Shown: positions 12,981 to 25,135 of the stretch, one piece after another
Layout of the letters: the number at the start of each line of letters is the position of its first letter
Position numbering within the stretch: position 1 is the first letter of the stretch
Source: the human T2T-CHM13v2.0 reference genome, Homo sapiens
Direction: 5' to 3' (one strand)
NCBI RefSeq assembly: GCF_009914755.1
Contig: NC_060926.1
DNA length: 64,000 nt
Translations under genes and position numbers: made by a program
The notes under the pieces: generated by a model
Databases searched by the model: none
Seen by the model: only the letters and a program-made list of their open reading frames with translations
Told to the model about the DNA's origin: nothing

Positions 12981-13291
12981 TTTTTTTTTTCTTTTTTTTT
13001 GTTTTTTTTTTTTATGAGACAGAGTTTCGCTCTTGTCCCCCAGGCTGGAGTACAATGACACAATCTCGTCTCACCGCAACCTCCGCCTCCCAGGTTCAAG
13101 CGATTATCCTGCCTCCAGAGTAGCTAGGATTACAGGCATGCGCCACCATGCCTGGCTAATTTTGTATTTTTAGTAGAGACAGGGTTTCTCCATGTTGGTT
13201 AGGCTGGTCTCGAAATCCCAACTTCAGGTGATCAGCCTGCCTCAGACTCCCAAAATGTTGGGATTACAGGCGTGAGCCACCATACCCAGCT
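12981..13291 (-). mobile_element. AluSp SINE
   Basis: Sp-type gagtttcgctcttgt, ctcaccgcaacc, tttctccatgttgg; TSD tgtatt(c/a)tttct at 12969-12980 and 13292-13303. Confidence 0.93.
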
Positions 13292-13533
13292 TGTATTATT
13301 TCTTTATTTTATTTTATTTTATTTATTATACTTTAAGTTCTGGGGTGCATGTGCAGAATGTGCAGTTTTGTTACATAGGTATACATGTGCCATGGTGGTT
13401 TGCTGCACCCATCAACCCATCACCTACATTCGGTTTTTCCTAATGCTATCCCTCCCCTAGCTCCCCACACCCCGAGAGTGTGATGTTCCCAGTGTGTGAT
13501 GTTCCCCTCCCTGTGTCCATGTGTTCTCATTGT

Positions 13534-16500
13534 TCAACTCCCACTTATGAGTGAGAACATGCAGTCCTTGATTTTCTGTTCTTGTGTTAGTTTGCTGAGA
13601 ATGATGCTCTCCAGCTTCATCCATGTCCCTGAAAAGGACATGAACTTATCCTTTTTTATGGCTGCATAGTATTCCATGGTGTATATGTGCCACATTTTCT
13701 TTATCCAGTCTATCACTGATGGACATTTGGGTTGGTTCCAAGTCTTTGCTATTGTGAATAGTACCACAATAAACATATGTGCGCATGTGTCTTTATAGTA
13801 GCATGATTTATAATCCTTTGGGTATATACCCAGTAATGGGATTGCTGGGCCAAATGGTATTTCTAGTTCTAGATCCTAGAGGAATCGCCACACTGTCTTC
13901 CACAATGGTTGAACTACTTTACACTCTCATCAACAGTATAAAAGCATCCCTATTTCTCCACAGCCTCTCCAGCATCTGTTATTTCCTGAATTTTTAATGA
14001 TCGCCATTCTAACTGGCGTGAGATGATATCTCATTGTGGTTTTGATTTGCATTTCTCTAGTGACTAGTGATGATGAGCTTCTTTTCGTATGTTTGTTGGC
14101 TGCATAAATGTCTTCTTTTCAGAAGTGTCTGTTTATATCCTTTGCCCACTTTTTGATGGGGTTGTTTTTTTTTTCTTGTAAATTTGTTTAAGTTCTTTGT
14201 AGATTCTGGATATTAGCCCTTTGTCAGATGGATAGATTGCAAAAATTTTCTCCCATTCCGTAGGTTGTTCACTCTCTTCACACTGATGATAGTTTCTTTT
14301 GCTGTGCAGAAGCTCTTCAGTTTAATTAGATCCCATTTGTCAATTTTGGCTTTTGTTGCCATTGCTTTTGGTGTTTTAGACATGAAGTCTTTGCCCATGC
14401 CTATGTCCTCAATGGCATTGCCTAGGTTTTCTTCTAGGATTTTTATGCTTTTAGGTCTTATGTTTAAGTCTTTAATCCATCTTGAGTTAATTTTTCTATA
14501 AGGTGTGAGGAAGGGGTCCAGTTTCAGTTTTCTGCATATGGATAGCTGGTTTTCCCAACATCATTTATTGAATAGGGAATCCTTTCCCCAATGCTTGTTT
14601 TTGTCAGATTTGTCAAAGATCAGATGCTTATAGATGTGTGGTGTTATTTCTGAGGCCTCTGTTGTGTTCCATTGGTCTATAGATCTGTTTTGGTACCAGT
14701 ACCACGCTATTTTGGTTACTGTAGCCTTGTAGTATAGTTTGAAGTCAGGTAGCGTGATGCCTCCGGCTTTGTTCTTGTTGCTTAGGATTGTCTTGGCTAT
14801 GCGGGCTCTTTTATGGTTCAGTGTGAAGTTTAAAATAGTTTTTTCCAATTCTGTGAAGAAAGTCATTGGTAGCTTGATGGGGATGGCATTGTACCTATAA
14901 ATTACCTTGGGCAGTATGGCCATTTTCATGATATTGATTCTTCCTATTCATGAGCATGGAATGTTCTTCCATTTGTTTGTGTCCTCTTTTATTTCGATGA
15001 GCAGTTGTGTATAGTTCTCCTTGAAGAAGTCCTCCACATCCCGTGTAAGATGGATTCCTAGGTATTTTATTCTCTTTGTAGCAATTGTGAATGGGACTTC
15101 ACTCATGATTTGGCTCTCTGTTTGTCTGTTATTGGTATATAGGAATGCTTGTGATTTTTGTACGTTGATTTTGTATCCTGAGACTTTGCTGAATTTGCTT
15201 ATCAGCTTAAGGAGATTTGGGGCTGAGACAGTGGGGTCTTCTAAATATACAATCACGTATCCACAAACAGAGACAATTTGACTTCCTCTTTTCCTATTTG
15301 AATACTCTTTATTTCTCTCTCTTGCCTAATTGCTCTGGCCAGAACTTCCAATACTATGTTGAATAGGAGTAGTGAGAGAGGGCATCCTTGTCTTGTGCTG
15401 GTTTTCAAAGGGAATGCCTACAGCTTTTGCCCATTCAGTATGATATTGGCTGTGGATTTGTCATAAATAGCTCCTATCATTTCGAGATGCATTCCATCAA
15501 TACCTAGTCTATTGAGAGTTTTTAGCATGAAGGGCTGTTGAATTTTGTCAAAGGCCTTTTCTGCATCTATTGAGATAATCATGTGGTTTTTGTCATTAGT
15601 TCTGTTTATGTGATGGATTACATTTATTGATTTGTGTATGCTGAACCAGCCTTGCATCCCAGGGATGAAGCTGACTTGATCCTGGTGGATAAGCTTTTTG
15701 ATATGCTGCTGGATTCTGTTTGCCAGTATTTTATTAAGGATTTTTGCATCGATGTTTATGAGGGATATTGGCCTGAAATTTTCTTTTTTTGTTTTGTCTC
15801 TGCCACGTTTTGCTATCAGGATGATGCTGGCCTCATAAAATGAGTTAGGGAGGAGTCCCTCTTTTGCCGTTGTTTGGAATAGTTTCAGAAGGAATGGTAC
15901 CAGTTCCTCTTTGTATCTCTGGTAGAATTCATCTGTGAATCCGTCTAGTCCTGGACTTTTTTTGGTTGGTAGGCTACTAATTACTGCCTCAATTTCAGAA
16001 CTTTTTATTGGTCTATTCAGGGATTAGACTTCTTCATGGTTTAGACTTGGGAGGGTGTATGCATCCTGGAATTTATCCGTTTCTTCTAGATTTTCTAGTT
16101 TATTTGTGTAGAAGTGTTTATAGTATTCTCTGTTGGTAGTTTGTATTTCTGTGGGACCAGTGGTGATATCCCCTTTATCGTTTTTTATTGTGTCTATTTG
16201 ATTCTTCTCTCTTTTCTTCTTTATTAGTCTGGCTAGTGGTCTATATTTTGTTGATCTTTTCAAAAAACCAGCTCTTGGATTCATTGATTTTTTGAAGGTT
16301 TTTTTGGTGTCTCTATCTCCTTCATTTCGGCTCTGATCTTAGTTATTTCTTGTCTTCTGCTAGCTTTTGAATTTGTTTGCTCTTGCTTCTCTAGTTCTTT
16401 TAATTGTGATATTAGGGTGTCGATTTTAGATCTTTCCTGCTTTCCCTTGTGGGCATTTAGTGCTATAAATTTCCCTCTACACACTGCTTCAAATGTGTAC

Positions 16501-17388
16501 CAGACATTCTGTTACATTGTGTCTTTGTTCTCATCGGTTTCAAAGAACATATTTATTTCTGCCTTAATTTCATTATTTACCCAGTATTCATTCAGGAGCT
16601 CGTTATTCAGTTTCCGTGTAGTTGTGCAGTTTTGAGTGAGTTTCTTAACCTGGAGTTCTAATTTGATTGCACTGTGGTCTGAGAGACTGTTTGTTATGAT
16701 TTCCATGCTTTTGCATTTGCTGAGGAGTGTTTTATTTCCAATTATGTGGTCAATTTTAGAATAAGTGCGATGAGGTGCTGAGAAGAATGTATGTTCTGTT
16801 GATTTGGGGTGGAGAGTTCTGTAGATGTCTATTAGGTCCACTTGATCCAGAGCTGAGTTCAAGTCCTGAATATCCTTGTTAATTTCCTGTCTCATTGATC
16901 TGTCTAATATTGACAGAAGTGTTAAAGTCTCCCATTATTATTGTGTGGGAGTCTAAGTCTCTTTGTAAGTCTCTAATAACTTGCTTTATGAATCTGGGTG
17001 CTCCTGTATTGGGTGCATGTATATTTAGGATAGTTAGCTCTTCTTATTGCGTTGATCCCTTTACCATTACATAATGCCCTTCTTTGTCTCTTTCGATCTT
17101 TGTTTGTTTAAAGTCTGTTTTATCAGAGACCAGGATTGCAACTCCTGTTTTTGTTTGTTTGTTTTGTTTGTTTGTTTGTTTTGCTTTCCACTTGCTTGGT
17201 AAATATTCCTCCATCCCTTTATTTTGAGCCTATGTGTATCTTTGCATGTGAGATGGGCCTCCTGAATACAGCACACCAATGGATCTTGACTCTTTATCCA
17301 ATTTGCCAGTCTGTGTCTTTTAACTGGGGGCATTTAGCCCATTTAAATTTAATGTTAATATTGTTATTTCTGAATTTGATCCTATCAT
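13534..17388 (-). pseudogene. L1 ORF2 (endonuclease/RT), fragmented
   Basis: Fragments include [63 protein letters not shown]; many frameshifts; FADD motif reads tttgtggatacgtgatt (disrupted, about 15255-15270). Confidence 0.95.
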
Positions 17389-17432
17389 TATTATGCTAGC
17401 TGGTTATTTTGTCCATTAGTTATGCAATTTCT

Positions 17433-18453
17433 TTACAATTTGGCATGTTTTTGCAGTGGTTGGTATTGGTTGTTCCTTTCTATGTTTAGTGCTTCCTTCA
17501 GGAGCTCTTGTAAGGCAGGCCTTGTAGTGACAAACATCTCTCAGCATTTGCTTGTCTATAAAGGATTTTATTTCTCTTTCACTTCTGAAGCTTAGTTTGG
17601 CTGGATATGAAATTCTGGTTTGAAAATTCTTTTCTTTAAGAATGTTGAATATTGGCCCCCACTCTCTTCTGGCTTGTAGGGTTTCTGCTGAGAGATCCGC
17701 TGTTAGTCTGATGGGCTTCCCTTTGTGGGTAATCCGATGTTTCTCTCTGGCTGCCCTTAACATTTTTTCCCTTCATTTCAACCTTGGTGAATCTGACAAT
17801 TATGTGTCTTGGGGTTGCTCTTATCGAGGAGTATCTTTGTAGTGTTCTCTCTATTTCCTGAATTTGAATGTTGGCCTATCCTACTGGGTTGGGGAAGTTT
17901 TCCTGGATAATATCATGAAGAGTGTTTTCCAACCTGGTTCCATTCTCCCTGTCACTTTCAGGTACACCAATCAAAAGTAGATTTGGTCTTTTCACATAGT
18001 CCCATATTTCTTGGAGCCTTTGTTCATTGCTTTTCATTCTTTTTTCTCTAATCTTGTCTTCTTGCTTTATTTCATTAAGTTGTTCTTCAATCTCTTTTAT
18101 CCTTTCTTCTGCCTGATCGATTTAGCTATTGATACTTGTGAATGCTTCACGAAGTTCTTGTGCTTTGTTTTTCAGCTCCATCAGGTCATTTACGTTCTTC
18201 TCTAAACCGGTTATTCTACTTAGCAATTCATCTGACCTTTTTTCAGGGTTCTTAGCTTCCTTGCATTGGGTTAGAACATGCTCCTTTAACTCGGAAGAGT
18301 TTGTTATTACCCACCTTCTGAAACCTACTTCTGTCAACTCATCAAACTCATTCTCTGTCCAGTTTTGTTCCCTTGCTGGCGAGGAGTTGTGATCCTTTGG
18401 AGGAGAAGCTGGTTTTTGGAATTTTCAGCCTTTTGGTGCTGGTTTCTCCCCAT
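17433..18453 (-). pseudogene. L1 ORF1, fragmented
   Basis: ATG at 18453 (atggggagaaacc); fragments TEVGFRRWVITNSSELKEHVLTQCKEAKN and LRAAREK...KGKPIRLTADLSAETLQARREWGPIF. Confidence 0.95.
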
Positions 18454-19711
18454 CTTCGTGGATTTATCTACCTTTGGTCTTTGATGTTGGCGACCTTTGT
18501 ATGGGGTCTCTAACAGTCAGGCCCCTCTGCTGCAAGTCTGCTGCAGTTTTCTGGAGGTCCACTCCAGACCCTGTTTGCCTGGGTGTCACAAGCAGAGGCT
18601 GCAGAATAGCAAAGATTGTTGCCTGTTCTTTCCTCTGAAAGCTTTGTCCCAGAGGGGCACCTGCCAGATGTCAGCCAGAGCTCTCCTGTATGAGGTGTCT
18701 GTCAGCCCCTACTGGGAGTTGTCCCCCAGATAGGATACACGGGGGTCAGGGACCCACTTGAGGAGGCAGTCTGACCCTTAGCAGAGCTCAAAAGCTGTGC
18801 TGGGAGATCCATGCTCTCTTCAGAGCCAGCAGGCAGAAACATTTAAGTCTGCTGAAGCTGCACCCACAGCTGCCCCTTCTCCCAGGAGCTCTGTCCCAGG
18901 GAGATGGGGGTTTTATCTATAAGTCCCTGTCTGGGGATGCTGCCGTTTTTTCAGAGATGCCCTGCCCAGAGAGGCAGTCTGGCGGCAGTGGCCTTGCTGA
19001 GCTGCAGTGGGCTCCGCCCAGTTCAAACTTCCAGTTGTCTTTGTTTACACTATGAGAGTAAAACCACCTACTCAAGCCTCAGCAATGGCGGACACCCCTC
19101 CCCACACCAAGCTGGAGTGTCCCAGGTCGAGCTCAGACTGTTGTGCTGGCTACGAGAATTTCAAGTCAGTGGATCTTAGTTTGCTGGGCTCTGTGGGGGT
19201 GGGACCTGCCAAACCAGACCACTTGGCTCCCTGGCTTCAGCCCCCTTTCCAGGGGAGTGAACTATTCTGTCTTTCTGACATTCCAGGCACCACTGGGGTA
19301 TGGGGAAAAAAAAAAAACAAAAACCTCCTGCAGCTAGTTCAGTGTCTGCCCAGAACAGTTGCCCAGTTTTGTGCTTGAAACCCAGGGCTCTGGTGGTGTA
19401 GACACCAGAGGGAATCTCCTGGTCTGCGGGTTGCGAAGACTATGGGAAAAGTGCAGTATCTGGGCCAGAGTGCTCCATTCCTCAGGCACAGTCCCTCACA
19501 GCTTCCCTTGGGTAGGGGAGAGAACTCCCCAACCCCTTGTGCTTCCAAGGTAAGGCAACGCCCCGCCCTGCTTTAGCTCACCCTCCATGGGCTACATCCA
19601 CTGTCCAACCAGTCCCAATGAGATGAACTGGTTACCTCAGTTGGAAATGCAGAAATCATCTGCCTTCTGTGTTGATCTCACTGGGAGGTGCAGAGTGGAC
19701 CTGTTCCTATT

Positions 19712-19722
19712 CGGCCATCTTG
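19712..19722 (-). promoter_or_regulatory. YY1 site of the L1 5'UTR promoter
   Basis: CAAGATGGCCG intact at the canonical position near the L1 5' end. Confidence 0.8.
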
Positions 19723-19849
19723 CCAGCAATCCATATTATTTCTTAAATACTTACTTGCATGAAAATCTAAAATTATCTCAAAATAATTTTAGTTTTTAAA
19801 AATGAGTCATTGAAAAATTTTTGAAAATCACCTTTCAAAAATTGGTTGA

Positions 19850-20037
19850 GATGAAGTAGCTACTTTGACAGACCAGTTCGGTGGTGCTGTTCTGAGAGTC
19901 TTTCATGGAAGTCTGCCTAAAGCCTTTCAAAGGTTTTCTAAGCACACAGTTCCCTGCATCACATTCCTTTTGCTTGAGACAGCTAGAGTGGGTGTTTGTT
20001 TGTTTTGTTATCGGCAACTGAACCCTCATGCTGATGC
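19850..20037 (+). mobile_element. Ancient ERVL/MaLR-type LTR 3' fragment
   Basis: attccttttgcttgagacagctagagtgggt...ggcaactgaaccctcatgctgat resembles an LTR 3' terminus; family not resolved. Confidence 0.5.
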
Positions 20038-21435
20038 CCTGTGACTTCATAGTTCCATCACGGCTTTCTATCCAAGTGGGATGTCCTCAGTTTAAAAGTC
20101 TAAAACTGTCCAGAGATAGTTAGCTAAAGCATAGAACGGTCAGTGGGCCTCTCTCAGCTAGGACTCTCACAGGTATTGTCTGAAAGTGAAAGAAAAAGCA
20201 GGAAGAAACAATGGGGTCTTGGTTATGGGACATTTTTAATGATTTTGCTGGTGCAGAGATTGGGGTATTGATGAGAGTATAGGTTAAAAGTCCCAAGGAA
20301 ACTTCAGGAAAACCTGAGCAGTGTTTCAAATTTCTAATACATTTAAACTCTTTGGAGTTTTAATGGAGACTTGCTCTTAGTGAAAAACTTGGTGAGATTG
20401 CATTGTGTTTCCCATAGGAAATTAAAAGCAGCTGAGAGATTTTTTTTGAGCTCCTATCTATCCTCCTCTCCATTTCTCAAAGGCTTAAGAAATTCCCCTC
20501 ACAGTAAATAGAACAACATAGAAGTGTCCCGGACCCAAGGTGAATGAATTTGCTAGGCCATGGTCAGGTGCTATTGCAGCAACTGGAGTTGGGCAACGCG
20601 GCGCTCATGTTTAGAAAGGGTGAAGCCACAGCCACAGAGCTCTAGGGTAGAGCTGTCTTCTCAGTGGCCCTAGCCATCCTGTGCTCTGCTTCCTTTTCCC
20701 TTTCTCCCTACCCACCTTTCATCATCCTCAGAAGCCCATGTGTGTGAAAGGCAGCGGAGGAATGTGGGTGGGTTGACTTGTATAATTAAATCCATGTTGC
20801 CTCGTGTTCTTTAGAATTAATAAGGAATTCTTCCCATTGAAACTCACCATGACATCTTCCCTCTGACTCAGATTTCTTTTTTGCTTTTCTCTTCTTTCCT
20901 TGGCTAAAAGCATTAGACATGGGGCTATGGTTCAAATTAGCATCCTACATGTCTCTTCTGTCTGTCTTTGCTTAATTGAGCTTTTCTGTTCAGGGAAAAG
21001 TGTAGTTTGTTTATATTTCATTTTTCTTAAATTCCACTTATCTGTCTTTGTCCCTTTTCTTTCTTCTTTTAGAAAACTTAGGAAAAGAGAAAACAAGAGA
21101 GTTTTTCACCTTGCGTATGACTGTAAGGTTGGAGAAAGTGCACTGCTGGCCAAACCTTGACAATCCAGGTGTTGTTCTTTGAGGTTCTTTGTTCCCTGGA
21201 TCTTCATATCCTGACACCAGGAAAACTGTGCTCTCATATACTTATCCGCTGAGGCCAGGAGAGCTGTGAGACGGGGAAAAATAGTGAACAAATGTTACTT
21301 CTACTTTCCTGGGTCATGTTGCGAAACACCTTTTTATTGGGGGTAATAATTTGACTTCATTTCCTTATAAAAGTGGATTTATGTGATGGATATGTGATAT
21401 ATATTTTTTGCCACCGTTTTTGCAGGATAGTGGTT

Positions 21436-21650
21436 GTATCAGTTAGGATTAGATTCACTGTGAATAACATAAACCCAAAATAACAGTGGCTTAAACCTGA
21501 TAAAAATTTCTCTTTCTGCTCATGTTGAAAAACAGCTGTAGCTGTCCTGGGCTAGTGTGGTGGCTCCACTCCATGAAGGCTTTCTTGGAGACCCAAAAGA
21601 AAGCAGCTCAGGGTGTCACCCTCAGCTTCATGGTCCATGTCGGCAGTTAT
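21436..21650 (-). mobile_element. MLT1J/K-like MaLR LTR, part 1
   Basis: tgtatcagttaggatt...aacccaaaataacagtggcttaaac...catggtcca. Confidence 0.75.
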
Positions 21651-21769
21651 TATGTCATCTTCAGAACAATCTTACAAACCCTCTGGAAGAGTCCATCTCC
21701 CTCCTTTACCGGCTCCTGACTTTTGACCACATGGAAGGTCTCAGTTTACTTTCATTCATGAGATTTGGG

Positions 21770-21960
21770 GTCATGGCACATATTTGAGTCTGACCTGTGC
21801 TGCCTATCAGATGTGCAAATCTGGGCAAATCACTAAACTTCTATGCATCTATATTTTCATCATATGGAAAATTGAAATTATAACGTATAACTCAGAGCAG
21901 TATAGTATAAGGATAAAAGACAATATGTAAAGAAAAATTGGTCTGCTGATTAGCATGAAA
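21770..21960 (+). mobile_element. MIR SINE
   Basis: ctgggcaaatcactaaacttctatgcatctatattttcatcatatggaaaat core. Confidence 0.7.
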
Positions 21961-22242
21961 ATGAATATCATTTTACAGTTTTTAAGTTTCTTATTGAGCA
22001 TTTTTTTTATTTTTAAAGAAAACCAATCCCATATTTAGAGACTGGAGATTTTTTTCCTGGTGAGAACATCCTCAAAAAATGGGCTTTATGTCCCCTACAA
22101 GCCCTTCTCCCAAGTGGAAAGAAACCTGATGTGCAGTGGGACAACTTCATTGTTTGTTCCACCTCCAATGAGGCTTTCACTATAGGTTTCATCTATGGGG
22201 GATATGGTGGATTTATGGTCAATATGCACTACCCTCTCCTTC

Positions 22243-22500
22243 CAGTGGAGTGTTTTTTAAACTGCGGATCAAGAGATCCATTAGATGATAATGAAGTCAT
22301 TTTAGTGTATCATGACCAGTATGTTTGAATGAAAAAATAGAATGAAATAGAATACAATAGTATAGTTAGAAAAAAATTAGGCCATATCACAAATAATCAA
22401 TGTAAGTTTTTCATCAAACATGTTTCACATATATGTGCATACACATGTATGTGTATTTTAGGTTATGATGTGTTTCTTCAAATGGATCATGAGTTTTGAG
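22243..22500 (+). mobile_element. hAT-Charlie DNA transposon remnant (MER113-like)
   Basis: gtgttttttaaactgcggatc...ccattag...tgaagtcattttagtgtatcatgaccag...aatagaatgaaatagaata; exact family name uncertain. Confidence 0.6.
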
Positions 22501-22509
22501 ATAGAATGA

Positions 22510-22760
22510 TAGGTTGGGAGGAATTACTCTACCTGACATAAAAGCAGACTATATAATCACCGTGTTTAACACAATGTGTTCTTTGCAGAGAGATAGACAC
22601 ATTGATCAATGGAACAGAATAGAGAACTCAAAAGTAGACCCCCACATATAAGCCCAACTGACTTTTAACAAAAGTGGGAAAGCAATTCAATGAAGAAGAA
22701 ATCAATTGGCCTTTTCAATTCAACTTGGCCTTGTCAAAAAGTGGCCCAAATGGGTAGACC
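22510..22760 (+). mobile_element. L1M ORF2 internal fragment
   Basis: ggaggaattactctacctgac (GGITLPD), gatagacacattgatcaatggaacagaatagag (DRHIDQWNRIE). Confidence 0.85.
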
Positions 22761-22761
22761 T

Positions 22762-23025
22762 CTCATTTGCATTCTAAGTAGCAGCAAGAAGACAAGAGAT
22801 GCCTCCATGTGTGCCAGAGGTCTTTTAAGAAAAAGATCCAGGAGCAGCCACAATCTTTAAGCTGAAGTCTCATTGGCTGGAACTTAGTTTCATGGCCATA
22901 CCAACTGTAAGGAAACCTGAGAAATTCATCTTCCTTCTGAATAGTCATATGCCTGGCTTAAATGTCTATTATTATATATAAGTAGAATAAGATAGATATT
23001 GGGGCACAGTTAACTATCTGTCAGT
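22762..23025 (-). mobile_element. MLT1J/K-like MaLR LTR, part 2
   Basis: tctcattggctggaacttagtttcatggccatacc...gtaaggaaacctgagaaat...gatattgggg. Confidence 0.75.
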
Positions 23026-23059
23026 GTTACACTGTTGTTTAGATTTATCCAGAGATGCT

Positions 23060-23350
23060 CTGCAAGTGCAGCATTCCATCTCTCCAGAACACACAAACGA
23101 TCTTTCCACAGCACATATTTTATCCCCTGGTTAAAAACCTCAGATGCCTCCAATGCACATAGAGTAAAGACCAAACTCCTTTGTACGACATTTAGATTTT
23201 TGAACTTTTAGCTCAAGCCATATTTCTAGCCATCACCTGCCCACTGCATTCTCCCAAATGCTAAGACTCTCTGATACCTAAACATTCCTGCTCAAGTTCT
23301 CCCCTCCCCTGGAATGCATTCCAACTCCTGCCCCACTCCATATATCTGAC
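23060..23350 (+). mobile_element. L2 fragment
   Basis: ctggttaaaaacctc...agagtaaagaccaaactcctt...cctggaatgc. Confidence 0.6.
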
Positions 23351-24019
23351 CGATGACGCCTCATCCATGCAGACCTGTATCAATCATCATCCTCTCTCTC
23401 TCTCTTTCTCTCTCTCTCCCCTGCCCTTCCTGACTCCTCAAGCCAGCGGAAGTACCTGTTTCCTTCTCTAGGCCACCTTAATTCAGACGTACACGGACGA
23501 TGGCAGCACCCCGTTTCTTTGTTGTTGTGATTTTTTTTTGTTTTGCTGCAGACTACAGGCTCCTCCAACACAAGACCTATCATCCCGAATTCTGTTGCCA
23601 CAGATCTTGGGGTCCCTCCACACCCTTAAAATTCATCATTGAATTATTGAGAGGTTTCTCAGCATCAAAATATTGACAGAAAGAAAACAGTATCTGTTTA
23701 TGACAGGTGTGCTCTGAGTGGGCAAAGCTGTTATTTCACAGGTTCAGTTGTGAAGAAATGATCTGTGATGAGAACGGTTTGGGAAAGCTAAGGTGAAAGA
23801 ATGATTTTTGACATCCGGAGATCCCTATTTCGTTGTCATGAGTGAGTCACACTCACAGTAGACCACAGCAAAGCCAATCTCCTCAGACCCCATGGCCCCT
23901 TATTAGGAATATCTGCCGGCTTGAAGGAGAAAGATGTCTTTTGATTTTAGCATGCAAAGACACAGTAGCAAGGACAACTTTAACAATATCATTTCTCTAG
24001 TTATGTATTTGAAAAATAA

Positions 24020-24435
<416 letters not shown>

Positions 24436-24504
24436 GGTCCCACCCTACTCTTAATTGGCCTTCCTGAGCTGCAGTTTCTTAAACTGTGAAATCTAGCTTC
24501 TCTA

Positions 24505-24801
24505 CTGTGGATGATTTTGCTTACCAGATGTGTATATGTTCCTTTATATTTCCCTGCCTTTCAATTACGTCAGGTTATATGATATTTTAACCAATGAACT
24601 GTGAACAGAAGTGTCAAGATAGGTATCATTCAGAGCGTCCCCGTCTTTCTCTTCCCATAAAGAACATGTGTTTGAGACAGTATAGTTACAAGGTGAAGGA
24701 GGATTTTACATATGCAGGAAATACATCTTTACTTTGTTAAGCCCCTGAGATTGGGGAATTTGTCTGTTGCAGCGTCTAGGATTAATAATCATACTAACAT
24801 A
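24505..24801 (+). mobile_element. MLT1 (H/I-like) LTR remnant
   Basis: ccaatgaactgtgaacagaagtg...tgttaagcccctgagattgggg...tgttgcagc...actaacata. Confidence 0.65.
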
Positions 24802-25031
24802 CTGAGAGTGTGAAGTTCTTAGTAGGATTAAACAGGTTATTTCCATACAAGCATGAGCACAGTGTCTGAGAGAAACAGGCATCAGTCACTGTGAAGTAAG
24901 ATTGTCATTAAGATGGATAAATAATTTTACAAAATTGAATAGTTATATTGAAAGAAAAAATGTCTGGAGAACAGAAAATCTTGGTTCTAGAGTTGTACAA
25001 TTTTAGACTTGGACTTAGAAGCTATTTAATC

Positions 25032-25135
25032 TAGTATTTTCCAAACGATCTGGTTATAAACAACAGGTTCTTAAGCAGAAAATACAGATTTCTGGGCCCA
25101 TCTCCACTTACAATGAATCACAATCTCTAGGGAAG
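25032..25135. mobile_element. MER5-like hAT fragment inside a minus-strand MIR (about 24990-25270)
   Basis: aaaatacagatttctgggcccatctcca...tgaatcacaatctctaggg; MIR resumes as ggaaagtgaggccggggaagttgatgactt. Confidence 0.65.

Larger units (their letters stand above)
13304..19732 (-). mobile_element. Full-length (about 6.4 kb) inactivated L1PA7/L1PA8 LINE-1
   Basis: 5' end ggattgctggcaagatggccgaatagga, ORF1 and ORF2 remnants, 3'UTR aagttctggggtgcatgtgcagaatgtgcagttttgttacatagg and A-rich tail; TSD tattatttctt. Confidence 0.97.

Noticed and set aside
12648-13061. 137-aa ORF with poly-Lys and CV repeats
   Set aside because: Produced by the Alu tail and the (CA)n microsatellite
13478-13506. gtgtgatgttccc duplicated in the L1 3'UTR
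   Set aside because: Small local slippage in a dead element
18497-19799. Plus-strand ORFs in the L1 5'UTR as a functional ORF0
   Set aside because: Cannot be matched confidently to ORF0 in this old, diverged 5'UTR
23440-23720. Possible plus-strand exon after tttttttttgttttgctgcag (acceptor at about 23551)
   Set aside because: No strong donor downstream and no meaningful reading frame
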